Below the pieces are notes generated by a model that did not search any database, had not been told where the DNA came from, and worked only from the letters and a program-made list of their open reading frames with translations. Positions 51,010 to 63,209 of a stretch of 64,000 nt of DNA are shown here, in pieces (positions within the stretch are counted from its first letter, which is position 1; every line of letters starts with the position of its first letter). The position numbers and the translations under genes are program-made. Where the stretch lies: assembly GCF_036365525.1 (NCBI RefSeq), contig NC_090404.1, positions 7,812,001 through 7,876,000 of the forward strand. Direction: 5' to 3'. Source of the stretch: Heterodontus francisci. Its lineage: Eukaryota.

Positions 51010-54000
51010 GTTAGTGACTCCAAACCCCGCCATGTTACAGACAGACCCGGATTATGTTCACTTTTTCTTTATTGTGATCAGTATCAACTTAATCCGCTTG
51101 AAAGTAAAACAGAGCGGGTTTCTAATGGAGCTTTTCGGTTGTAATTTTAGATTCGGGCGCAAATTATAAGCCGCGCGTCACCTCCGAGTGTGAATCCAGA
51201 GAAAGGAGATGCGGGAAGTGACGGAGCCGGCAGATCGGGGAGGGAGTCGGGGCGGATCCAACCTGGACTATCAGTGATTTAACAGGGTGCTCGGGGAATC
51301 CCAACAACACCCCGGACTCTCTCTCTCTCTCTAATTATTGATTGATTTCAACGGGTGCACATTGTTGAAAAAACGACCTCCACTCCTGCTGTTAACTGTG
51401 ACTGTTCCTGTGAGCACAGCAGCGGAGTCACAGTTCTTTCTCCTGGGCAGGGGATTGCAGTCCCAGCCGGGCAATATGGAAGAGGTACCCGGAGAGTGAA
51501 CACTGCAGGAGCCGGTGTGATATCTGCAGCGGCCCGTTCGACGCCTGCAGCAGCAGAAAAATGGCAGCACAGCACGCCAGCTTTCGAGACAGAGATCCTG
51601 TTAGAGGTCCAGATAGCATTTTAGTGATCGGCAATCAGTGGCATAAGAATTGTATTTTGCCTGACTTTTATTTCAACGGCCTCCATATAAGCAATCATTT
51701 TCCTCCTTTTCCGTCCCCAGACTGAAATGTGGAAATTTCCAACTGTAGAGACTTCTCCATATTGAATGTCGATGTTTCAGAGATCGGATTGCTGTAATTT
51801 ATCTGTCTCCCTGGTAACTGTTAATTGAAACAGTGGTGGAGAGTGAGCGAGTGAGAGTGAGGTATTAATCTTCTGATAAAGGACACCAGGAGCACCCGAG
51901 TGAACTGGAGGGAAGTCCATTGGGAACCAACAAGAAATTATTCGCTGAAAAGGAGAGCAATATTGGGCGATCACTCGCCGTTCAAAGTACAATCAGAGTG
52001 GAGGTGAGGCTTATTGAGGGAAGGACTGCGGTGGACTTCGGCGTGGAATGTTGTGCACAGTTTTGATCTCCCCGCTTAAGGAAGGATCTACTTGCTTTGG
52101 ATGAAGTGCAACAAAGACTCACTAGATTGATTCCTGAGGGTAAAGGATGGTCCTAGACGGGGAGTTTAACTAGAGTAAGCCTACATTCCCTAAAGGTAAG
52201 TAAAATGAGTGGTGATGCAATTAAAACATATACAATTATTAAGGGCCTTAACAGGGTAGTTGCTGATGTGGTGTTTCCTCAGGATGGGAAGTCTAGAACG
52301 AGGGGTTGCAATATCAGAATAAAGAGTTTGGAACTGAGATGAGGAGAAATATCTTCAGTCAAATAGTTGTTGTGAATCTGTGGTATTCTATACCTCAGGG
52401 AGCTGTGGATGCTCAGTGATTGAGTATATTCCAGGCAATGTTCACTAGATTTTTTGGATATTATAGGAATAAAGGGATATGGGGAGAGTGAGGGAAGGTG
52501 ACGTTGCCGTAAATGAGCCATGATCTTATTGAATGGCAGAGCAGGCTGGATAAGTGGAATAGCCTCCTCCAGCTCCTACTTCTTACTTTATCAGCCTTAA
52601 CATCTTGCACTCCTGGGAAAAGACATCAGCGGCATTCACACTAATCTGGATATTTTCAACAGACTGGGCCTCTTTTCTCTGCAAAATAGAGAACCAATTG
52701 GAAACTTCATCGAAGTCTTTTCAATTATAAATGGATTCAATGGGTGGATGTGGGTGAATTCAGAACAAGGAGCAATTGATACAGAGTAGTCACTAACAGA
52801 ACAAATAAATTCATTTAGAAGAATACATTGCCAAAGAGACACATCGGCAGAATGTGGAACTCGCTGCCACATGGAGTGCTTGGTGCATTGATGCATCTAT
52901 GGGGAGGCTTGAAAAATGCAGGAGGGAGAATTGAATAGAGAGACACTGTGCTCAGTGTGGTAATCCATTATAAGTAGGGAAGTGTTCCTGCAGCTGTACA
53001 GAGCATTGGTTAGGCCACATCTGGAGTACTGTGCACAGTTGTGGTTTCCATACTTGTGAAAGGATATAATTGCAGTAGCAGCAGTTCAGAGAAGGTTCAC
53101 TCGACTGATTCCTGGGGTTATCTTATGAGGAAAGGTTGAGCAGGTTGGGTCTATATCCACTGGAATTTAGAAGATTGAAAGGTGATCTTATTCAAACACA
53201 TAAAATCCTGAGGGAACTTGACAGGGTGGATGCTGACAGGATGTTTCCAATTGTGGGAGATGTAGAACTAAGGGTCACAGTTTAAAAAAATAGTGGCCTC
53301 CCATTTAATAGTGAGATGAGGAGATTTTTTTTTTGTCTCAGAGGGTCGTTACCCTGGCGAATTATCTTTCCCAGAGAGAAGTGGAGGCTGGGTCATTGAA
53401 TATATTCAAGGCTGCGTAAGTCAAGGGTACTGGGGGGCAGACAAGAAAGTGGAGTTCGGGCCACAATCCGATCAGTCATGATCGCATCGAATGGCGGGAC
53501 AGGCTCGAGAGGGAAATGGCCTACTCCTGCTCCTAATTGTTGTGCTGTTGTGGAAGAATTAGTATCTGGGGCGAGGTGGGGTGGGGTGGGGGTTTCGGGG
53601 CTGGTGGTGGAGAGTCAAGTGGAGCACGAACGCAGGCACAGACCAGTTGGGCTAAATAACGTTTCCTGCTCCGCAGCTTCAGGATAAATTAAAATTCTGA
53701 AAACTCCTCCCGGAGAACACGGGAAAGAATCAACCAATGGGCTGAAGGAATTGAAATTGTCAGTGAGCCGGAGGAGCCAGTTCCCAGTGAGTAACAGTAA
53801 AACCACTGCGGAAACGGCACAGACTGAAACCAAACAGACAACTGAGAGAGGTTGGCACAGGATCCCATGATGGCAAAAACCACAAACAGCGCAAAGTAGA
53901 TGTAGAAATGAAATGAAACCAACTGTAACTTTGTCAAATTAAAGAGAAATGGAGAAAATGGACCCCATTGATGGAAGAAAATAGACAAAGAGACCGAAAA

Positions 54001-54469
54001 GTAAAAAGGAGCTCCTGTGAAGTGTTTAAACTGCAGTGAAAGATTGACCTTTGACGACCGACATTCCTATCAGTTTCGCTCAATCTGTGCTGATGAATTT
54101 TATTACTGCCTGTTGGAACCTGCAGTGCGCAGTGATATCACACAATTATTTTTCGGACGAACCGTTTTGCAAAGTCATTGTTTCACTGATGTTGAAATGT
54201 TTCCTCGGGTTTGCCTTTCACCAACACAATAGAAACGGAAATTAAATATAAATTATGGAAGGATACAGCACGGAAGGCGGCCATTCGGCCCACGATGCCC
54301 GTACCGGCTCTTTGAAGGTGTTGTCCAATTGTTCTCACTCCCCCTGTTTTCCCCAGAGCCCGGAAATATTTCCCGTTCCAATATTTATCCAATTCCAGTT
54401 TGAAAGTTACCATTGAATCTGCTGCCACTACCCACTCTGACAGTACACTTCACATCGTAATAATTCTCT

Positions 54470-55278
54470 GAGTTCCCCACTATCAACATCCTTGTGGTCA
54501 CCATTGACAGGAAACTGAACTACGAGCCACATAAATGCTGTGGCTACAAGAGCAGGTCAGAGGCTGGAAATTCAGTGGCGCGCAACTCACCTCGTTACTC
54601 CCCAGTGCCTTTCACAAGAACACAAGAACACAAGAAATAGGCGCAGAAATGGATCCCTCGGCACATCGACCCTACACCGCCATTCAATACGATAATGGCT
54701 GATCTTGGACTTCAATTCCAGTTTCCTACCCGATCATCATGTCCCCCATCTACAAGGCACAAGTCACGAGTGTGTTGGAATACTGTCTACTTGCCTGGAT
54801 GGGTGCAACTCCATAAACACTCAAGAAGCTCGACACCATCCAGGACAAAGCAACCTGCTTGATTTTCACCCATCCACGAACATTCACTCCCTTCACCACC
54901 GATGCAGTGGCAGTAGTGTGCACCATCTGCAAGATGCACTGCAGCAATGCACCAAGGTTCCTTCGAAAGCACTTTCCAAACCCGTGACCTCCACCACCTA
55001 GAAGGACAAGGGCAGCAAAAGCATGGGAACTCCAACGGCTGCAATTTCCTCTCCAAGCCACACACCATCCTGACGTAGAACTATATTCCTGTTGCTTGAC
55101 TGTCGCTGGGTCAAATCCTATAACTCCCTTCTCAGCAGCACTGTTGGTTTACCTAGACCGCAAGCACTGCAGTGGTCCAAGAAGGCAGCTCAACACCACC
55201 TTCTCAAGGGCAATTAGGGATGGGCAACAAATGCTGGCCTAGTCAGCGACTACCACATCCCACGACTAAATAAAAAAA
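54470..55278 (+). mobile_element. LINE-like 3' fragment at the breakpoint where the + cassette's supporting V is missing
   Basis: Homology to the pre-supporting-V intron stops at ~54470. The element ends in an A-rich tail 'taaataaaaaaaa'. Confidence 0.5.
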
Positions 55279-56105
55279 CACCACTCAGCTTCTCTATTGC
55301 TAAAATCCTCATTCCAGCCTTCCTTACCTCTAGGTTTGCCTATTCTATTACACTCCTTGCCGGCCTCCCACATTCTATCCTTAGTAAACTTGAGGTCATC
55401 CAAACTGCTACCTCTTTCCTAACTTGCACCAAGTCCCGTTCACCCATTACTTCTCTGCCCGCTGGCCCATATTGCCTGCTACTTAAGTAATGCCTTAATG
55501 TTAAATTTTTCAGCATTGTTTACAAACTGCTCCATCTCGTCCCCCATTTCTATCATTGTAACATCCTCCAGTAGTACAGGCATACTTGAATTCTCTGCTC
55601 CTCCAATTCTGGCCTGTTGCACACCCCTGATATTAATCTTTGCACATTTGGCAGTGTTACTTTCAGCTGTCAAGACCCACAAATCTGGAATTCCCTGCCT
55701 AAATCTCTTCGCATAATGAGCTCTCTGCCATTTTCCCTTTTCCTCATAGAAACGCGACGTAAAACCGAACTCTTTGATCAAGCTGTTTGTAATCTGCCTG
55801 AATATCACCTTATATGGCTCGTTTCCACTTTTGCTCGTGTGAAGCCGTTGGGAGGTTTAACTCCCTCAAAGGCGCTACATAAACACATATTTTGCTGTTG
55901 TTGGTTCACATAGCATTCACGGATAGATTTGAAAACGTCTGACACCAGTGTGCACAGTTGTTTACAGTTTGTGTGATAAACGGGCAAAATCCAATATTCT
56001 GTTCGTTTTATTCAAGCCCAGTGAGTGAGTGGAGCTCTAGTTGTCGAATATATATTTTATTCATGATCCACCCCCTTAACGTTTCTGTCATCACCACCAT
56101 GTTCA

Positions 56106-56270
56106 GGTTTTTGTACAGCTCTCTCCGTGCTCTTTATCACTGTGCGTCTGGAATCCCCACCATGTTCAGGTTTTTGTACAGCTCTCTCCGTGTTCTGTAT
56201 CGCTGTGTGTCTGTAATCTCCACCACGTTGAGGTTTTTGGACAGCGCTCTCCGTGTTCTGTATCACTGTG
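56106..56270 (-). other. Three tandem 23-RSSs (63-bp period) of the supporting V
   Basis: CACAGTG-23-CCAAAAACC (56232-56270); CACAGCG-23-ACAAAAACC (56169-56207); CACAGTG-23-ACAAAAACC (56106-56144). Confidence 0.9.
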
Positions 56271-56576
56271 CTGTGCGCTGACTCAGTGCACAGTAATACA
56301 CAGCGGAGTCGCTCAGTTGGAGGTTATAGATTTTTAACCGGCTGATTCTCTCGGCAGGATCGATAGAAGCAGAAATTCGGCCCCCAGCTGTGTTTTCCTT
56401 ATTTTGGTCTCCTGAAGTGTGTCTCTGAAGCAGGTATTTCGGAGCCTGCCCTGGGGACAGACGGTACCAGTGTACTGTGTACTGACAGAACCCTGAATAT
56501 TCGCAGCTTACAGTCACGATGTCACCGGCAGCAGAGGTTTGCAGAGGCGGACTCCGGGACACCAGGGAACCGGAAT
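56271..56576 (-). CDS. Supporting TCR-delta V segment of NAR-TCR (leaderless, open)
   Basis: Acceptor attgcag, phase 1. Reads SGSLVSRSPPLQTSAAGDIVTVSCEYSGFCQYTVHWYRLSPGQAPKYLL...SDSAVYYCALSQRT, with a CDR1 Cys. Confidence 0.92.
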
Positions 56577-59521
56577 CTGCAATATAAAAATGAATATTAT
56601 AGTGTATTTAGCTGCTGTTTTCCCCGAGACACCTGTCAATCACAGACATAGCTCTGACTTCCGCGGTAATGCTGTTCTTCATTTGAATCCCGGTCGAAGT
56701 TTATTCACTTTAATAGGCAATAGAACCAGCTAGGAGCTGCGGAGATATGTATTTACTCAACCTGTTGTTATGATCTGGAATGCACTGCCTGAAAAAGCGG
56801 TGGAAGCAGATTCAATAATAGCTTTCAACAGGGAATTGGATAGATACTGGAGAAGGAAGAATTGGTTGGGCTGTGGGGAAAGAGCAGGGAGAGTGGGACT
56901 AATTGAACAGCTCGATCACAGACAAGATGGGCTGAATGATTTCATTCTGTGTTGTATTATTCTATAATTACTATTAAATTTCTGATTCTATTTTTCTTAG
57001 TGAAAGACAGACAGTGGAAACATTTGAATAATCTGTTCTCCTCACGAAGACAATCACCTTCCAAAAAGAAATGTTTGACCAAGAGTAGCGCAGTTATTTT
57101 ATGTTTAACTGAGCAGAGCAAATGCAACATAATGCAGTGAGAGACATGACAACGATTGAACCAAGTGACGCTTAACATCTTTGTTTAGAAGATTAGAGTT
57201 TAACTACAGTTTCACGCTTCAAGGGGGCTCCTGTTTGCCTCAAGATCTATTTGCTTATTTTGTTCCCAATACGGGGCCCGTTTTGTTCAGTTTCACTTTA
57301 ATCTCGGATTTTAACGGGTACTTTCATTTTATTTATCCGTCTGTATCACTCATCTGGTACTAGTTCCGCTTATTGTCATCATGGGAACTTGTCCCAAAGT
57401 CTCTCAGTTGTCGGTTGGGTTCAGTTTGTGCAGTTTCCGCAGTGGTTTAACTGTTACTGACTGGGAACTGGCTCTTCCTGCTCTCAGACAATTTCAATTC
57501 CTGCAGCCCATTGGCTGAGTATCTACCCTGTTCTCAAAGCGGATTTGCTCTCAGTTTAATATGATCCTGAATCTGCAGATGCGGAATAGGCCATTCGGCC
57601 CAACTGGTCTATGCCAGGGGATTTAATACTCCACAGGAGCCACCTCCCGCTTTAATAGCCTCTTTCCGTCCTGACCTCTTTGTCCCTTTATTCCTTTCTC
57701 CCTCCTGTATTTTCAAGCCTCTCCTAATGTGCATCAATGGCATATTCTCCAACTACTCCCTCTGGCAGCGAGTTCCACGTTCAGACTTCTCTCTGTGTAA
57801 ATAAATTCTTCCTAATGTCTTTCTTTGTTCGGTCGGCGACTATCTTATATTTATGGCTCTTTGTTCTGGACTCTCTGACAATTAAAAGCATTATCTCCAC
57901 CTGTACCCTTTCCAACAACTTTTGCATTTTTTTGCTGTCCACCAGGTCTCCTCGCTGTCTTCTCTTTTCCAGAGATAAGAGCTTGAGGCTGTTCAATCTT
58001 TCCAGATAGGTGTGGATTGCTGTTGATGTCTTTTCTCAGGTATATTAGAAATCCAAAGGTGAGTAAAAGTCAGGAATCCAATCGCAGCCCGTCCCTCCAG
58101 TGAATCTCACTTCCGGGTGTTGTGTTGTATTTGAACAGCCCTGAGATCGGTGTCTCCAAAGCCCTGCCTGACCGGTGAATTCTGGTATGTCTCTCCCTTT
58201 CGTTGAATTATTTCTTGCTGGTATTAAATGGATTTTCTGCCCGTCTGCAGTCGTTCCCCAGGCTGTTCCCTATGCCCTTTTCATAAGAACATGAGTTCCT
58301 CGCTCTCACTTATTCACTGCTCACTGATACTTCATTTAACAGAAGCGTTCCAGCAAACCTATCTCTCAAACATGAAAAATACCTATTCCCTAGAATATCA
58401 CAGAATGTATAGCACAGAACTAGTCCTTTCGGGCCAAATGGTACATTCCGAACCTGCATACACGCTCCTTCATCTCACCCTATCATGATATCATTCTATT
58501 CTTTGCTCCCTCAAATATTACAGGAGCTCCCCCTTGAATGCACTGATTCTGTTCGCAATGGAGAGGGTTAGAGAAGATTTACAAGGATGATACCAGAAAT
58601 GTGGGAATATACATATCAGGAAAGGATGAACAGGGCTGTCTCTCTTTTCTCTTGATAAAAGAAGGCTGAAGTGTGACCAAACAGAGGTATTGTAAATTAT
58701 GGAAGGTTTTGATAAAGTGAACACATAGAGAATATTTCCATTTGTGTGGAAGAATATAAGGTGGTCACAAAGAAATACAATAGGGAATTCAGAAGGAACT
58801 CCTTTATTCAGAGAGTGGTGAGAATGTTAAACTGGCCACCACAGGGAGTGGATGAAACAAATAGTATAGACGCATTTACAAGGAAGCTCGACATCAATAA
58901 GAGAGAAGGGAATAGACCGTTACCATGATAGATTTAGACGAGGAAAGATGGGAAGAGGCCTAATTGAAGCAGAAACGTCAGCATGGACTGGTTGGGCCAA
59001 ATGGCCTGTTTCTGTGTCATATTTCCTATATATGCATTAATTTCACACTTTCCCGCATTATCCTCCATTTGCCACTTTCTTGTCCATTCACTTAACCTAT
59101 CTATATCCCTTTTCAGCGTCTTTGCATCCTCCTCACAACTTACTTTACCTCTTATCTTTCTACTGTCATCAAATTTGGATGTATTACACTCGCTCCCCTC
59201 ATCTAAGTCATTGAGAAAGATTGGAAATAGCTACGGCCCAAGCATAGATCTCTGTGCCACGCCTCCAGTTACACTCTGCCAGCCCAAACATGACCTGTTT
59301 ATTCCTACTCTCTATTTCCTGTCACTCAACTAATCCTAAATCTATGTTAATATATTACTCCCAAACCCATGAGCCCTAATCCTGTGTAACAACCTGCTGT
59401 GTGGCACATTATCGAATGCCTTCTGGAAATCCAAATATACTGCATTCACTGATTCCCTTTTACCTACCCTTCGAGTGAAGCATCAAAAATCTCGAATGGA
59501 TTTGTTTCTCTCTTCAATAAA

Positions 59522-59852
59522 TAGAGTCATACAGCACTGAAACAGGCCCTTCGGCCCACCGAGTCTATGCCGACCAACAACCACCCATTTATACTAATCC
59601 TAAATTAATCCCATATTCCCTACCACATCCCCTCCGACATTAATCCCATATTCCCTACCACCTACCTACACTAGGGGCAATTTACAATGGCCAATTTACC
59701 TATCAACCTGCAAGTCTTTGGCTGTGGGAGGAATTCGGAGCACCCGGTGGAAACTCATGCGGTCACAGGGAGAACGTGCAAACTCCACACAGGTAGTACC
59801 AAGAACTGTAACTGTGAGGTTGCGGTGCTAACCACTGCGCCACGGTGCCGCC
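59522..59852 (-). mobile_element. tRNA-derived V-SINE (HE1-like)
   Basis: Head GGGCGGCACCGTGGCGCAGTGGTTAGCAC (A box), V-domain 'tgtgtggagtttgcacgttctccc' and a CR1-like tail. Absent from block A. Confidence 0.8.
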
Positions 59853-62084
59853 CTGTTGATTCTGCCTAATCAAATTATGATTTTCCAATTACACTCTTAC
59901 CACTACCCCAATAACAGATACTAATATTTTCTACATTACTGATGCTAACTGACTCTATTTTCTCTATCCCTCCTTTCTTGAACCATGGGGTTACATTTTC
60001 TACCTTCCATTCCACGGGTACCGTTCTCGAATTTAGAGGATTCTGAGATCACCCAATAGTTCCACTATTGCTCCAGATACTTCTTTTAAAACCCTAGGAT
60101 TAGGCAATCGGTTCTAGGGGATTTATGAGCTTTTGTTCCCATTAATTTTCCAGTATCTGACAGCTCTGATTCTGCACAATTTCCGGGTTTTTTTCTCTGA
60201 GTTCTCTACTGTAAAAGCAGAGACTAAGTATCTGTTTAAAGTGTCTGCCATTTCCTCGTCCCCAATTACAACTTCTCTTGTCTCTGCTTCTAAGAGCCCA
60301 CGTTTATTTTCACTATTCTCTTCCTTTCAACATATTTGTAAAAGTTCTTACAATCTTTGATTTAATTTTTCTTCCTAGTTTATTCTCAATTATTATTTTC
60401 TCCTTCTTTATTATTTTATGGTCATCCTTTGATGATTTGTGAAACCCTCCCAATCTTCAGACTTGCTACCCTGACAACATTGTAAGCCTTTTATTTAAAT
60501 ATTATACTATCCTTAACTTTATTGGATTTTCCATTGCTATACCACTTATCCAGTGACATTTTCTATTCCTCAATGGAATGCATGTGCGTTGACAATTCGG
60601 AATAATTTATTTAAATGTTTGTCATTGCTTAGCGACCATTATATATTTTAATCAAATCTCAAACTCTAACTCAGCCATCATTCATTGCCCTTGTTCAAAT
60701 TTAAGGCCCTGGTTGCGGGCTTAACCACTTTACTCTGAAATTGAATAGGACATCTAGCATGAATCCTTTACTTTAACTTTATGAATTAATAGTCTCGTTA
60801 CAAAATACTAGATCTAAACAATCGATTCTGCAGTTAGCTTCCTCGACATATTGTTCGAGAACATATTGAATGTGTTCCAAAAACTCGTCCTCCAATCTAC
60901 TTTTGTCAATTTGCTTTGCCCACTCGATATAAAGATTACATTCCCCCATGATTTTTGCATTCACCATGTTACATGCTCCTCTAACTTGCTGATTTATACT
61001 CTGTCTAACACTATGGTTGTTTTTAAATGCTCCGGCCTTTTCTCCACTTTGTCATTTCGTAGCTCCATCATACTGATTTTAGATCCTGACTTTTTGGTCT
61101 AATTTCAGTTCTCACTAGTGCCTTTATCTCATTCTTTATTATCAGGTATATCCCACTTTTTTTCATTTTTTCTGGCTTTTTCAAAAGTCAAATACCCCTG
61201 TATATTTAGTTTTCAACTTTGGTCACCATGTAACCGTATCTCATTAATGGCGACTGGATCGAATACATTAATCTGTATTTGTGCCATTAATTCACCTGTT
61301 CTTGTTATGAATGTTTCGTGCGTTCAATTAAAACGCCTTTCATTTTAACTTGTGACTATTTTCCCTGATTTAGCCTTCGTCTTCAGGCCCTATTACCGTT
61401 ATTAAACCATCTGTCTCTTTCTGACTCAAACTGCTGGATTTTATCCGGATCGTTACTCTGCTCTACAGCCTTGACTTGTTTTTTCAAATTTATTAATTTA
61501 GCATTGGGATTATATTGTATCCCTTATTTAACTGTTGGTATCGGATCGGCCGCTGAAGGTATAAAAGGGGACGATGTAGTGTTGGACTCACACTCCCGGT
61601 ACCTCATTCACGCTGTCCGGCCCGGAATGGAATATTCTGCCGAAGAGAGAAAGAGCTCGGTCACCCTGTCCCGTGCTCAACAGGGGCAGGCTGAACTTCC
61701 TCAGTCACAGTGAACAGCGGGAGCGGCGGCCAGTGTCTCGACAATCTGCGCTCATTTAAACTAACTGTAGATCAGAGTGAGAAAGAGTCAGGGATGTTTT
61801 GGGGATTCTCCCTGGTCCACGTTAAACCACTGATGTTCCAGATGTGGTCAGCGCCCCACAGACTGCCTTCTCTGTGAGGATCTCACCTCCTCTCCAAACT
61901 CAAACCTGGACCAAACTTCCGGTTCACATTTTACTCCGAATCACAAACTGCAATGAAAAAGTTCCATCAGGGAACTGATCTGTTTTATTTTTAAGGGATT
62001 GAGGTGATATTGAGAGCGATTATAAACTGACGGTGAACATTCATTCTGATAGTCTGTCAAACGGCGGGTTTTGCAGTCACTTAC

Positions 62085-62426
62085 CGGCTGTGATCGTCAC
62101 CACCGTCCCGGATCCATCCACGTATCTAGTATCCACCCCAGTGCCGTCGTACTCAGCTTTACAGTAATAGGTGGCGCTGTCTTCAACTCTCACATCTCCA
62201 ATTTTCAGGGAAAATGTCTTTTCTGCCTTATTCACCGACACAACAAATCGCCCTCCACCGGAGATCCGCTCCCGCTCCGTCCCGGTCTGGGTTTGTCTGA
62301 AGAAATGTCCATTTTTGAAATAATGGCATGAATTACCAGAGTCAAAAACACAGGTGATGGTGAGAGACTGACACTCCTTCCTGGTCACCGCTGCCGGGGT
62401 CTGTCTCACTGACTGACTTAAAGAGT
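62085..62426 (-). CDS. Germline-joined NAR-TCR VDJ exon (342 nt, open, leaderless)
   Basis: Acceptor ttccag and donor G|GTAAGT. Reads SLSQSVRQTPAAVTRKECQSLTITCVFDSGNSCHYFKNGHFFRQTQTGTERERISGGGRFVVSVNKAEKTFSLKIGDVRVEDSATYYCKAEYDGTGVDTRYVDGSGTVVTITA. No RSSs. Confidence 0.93.
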
Positions 62427-63209
62427 CTGGAAATTAACCAGAGAGAGTTTAATGGGCCATCGGAGCCGAAAAACACAACGGGTTAAAACCCCTGATTTAG
62501 CCTGAGTCTCCCGGGCCCTATTACCGTTATTAAACCATTTGTTCCTTCCTGCTTCAAACAGCTGGATTTTATCCTGATCGGTACTCTGCTCTAGAGCTTT
62601 GATTTATCTTTTCAAATTTACTAAATTAGCATTGGGATTATATTGTATCCTCTATTTAACAGTCGGAATCGGATAGGCTGCTGCAGGTATCAAAGGGACA
62701 GCTTAGTGTTGGTTTCATTCGTCCGGAACTTCATTCACACTACCTGGCCGGGAATGGATTATTCTGCCTAAGACAGAGAGAGAGCTGTCACCCTCTTCCG
62801 GGCTCTCAGGGACAGACAGAGCTTCCTCAGTCACAGTGAACAACGGGAGCGGCGGCCGGTGTCTCGACAATCTGCGCTCATTTCAACTAACTTTGGATCA
62901 GAGTGAGAAGGAATCAGGGATGCTTTGGGGATTCTCCCTGGTCCACGTTATACTGCTGATGTTCCAGATGCAGTCAGAGCCCCGCAGACTGCCTTCACTG
63001 GGGGATCTCACCTCATCTCTCCGAACTAAAACCTGGACCAAACTTCCGGTTCACAGCTTACTCCGAATCACAAACTGCAATGAAAAAGTTCCATCAGGGA
63101 ACTGCTGTTTTATTTTTAAGGGATTGAGGTGACACTGATCGCGATTATAAACTGAAGGTGAACATTCACTCTGATAGTCTGTAACACGGCGGGTTTTGCA
63201 GTCACTTAC

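Larger units (their letters stand above)
44020..62140 (+). repeat. Segmental duplicate of ~5320-25560 (block B versus block A)
   Basis: Colinear CR1, flank, + NAR cassette, - supporting V and intron, offset ~36.5-38.7 kb. The blocks differ by indels and element insertions. Confidence 0.88.

Noticed and set aside
51331-51634. Overlapping GC-rich ORFs after J as an extra exon
   Set aside because: No Ig motifs or convincing splice sites, and the paralog at 13200-13430 does not preserve a frame.
56057-56266. Repetitive 69-aa ORF as a CDR3-extending coding segment
   Set aside because: It is the translation of the RSS array in a frame different from the V; the V frame stops at the first heptamer (CAG TGA).
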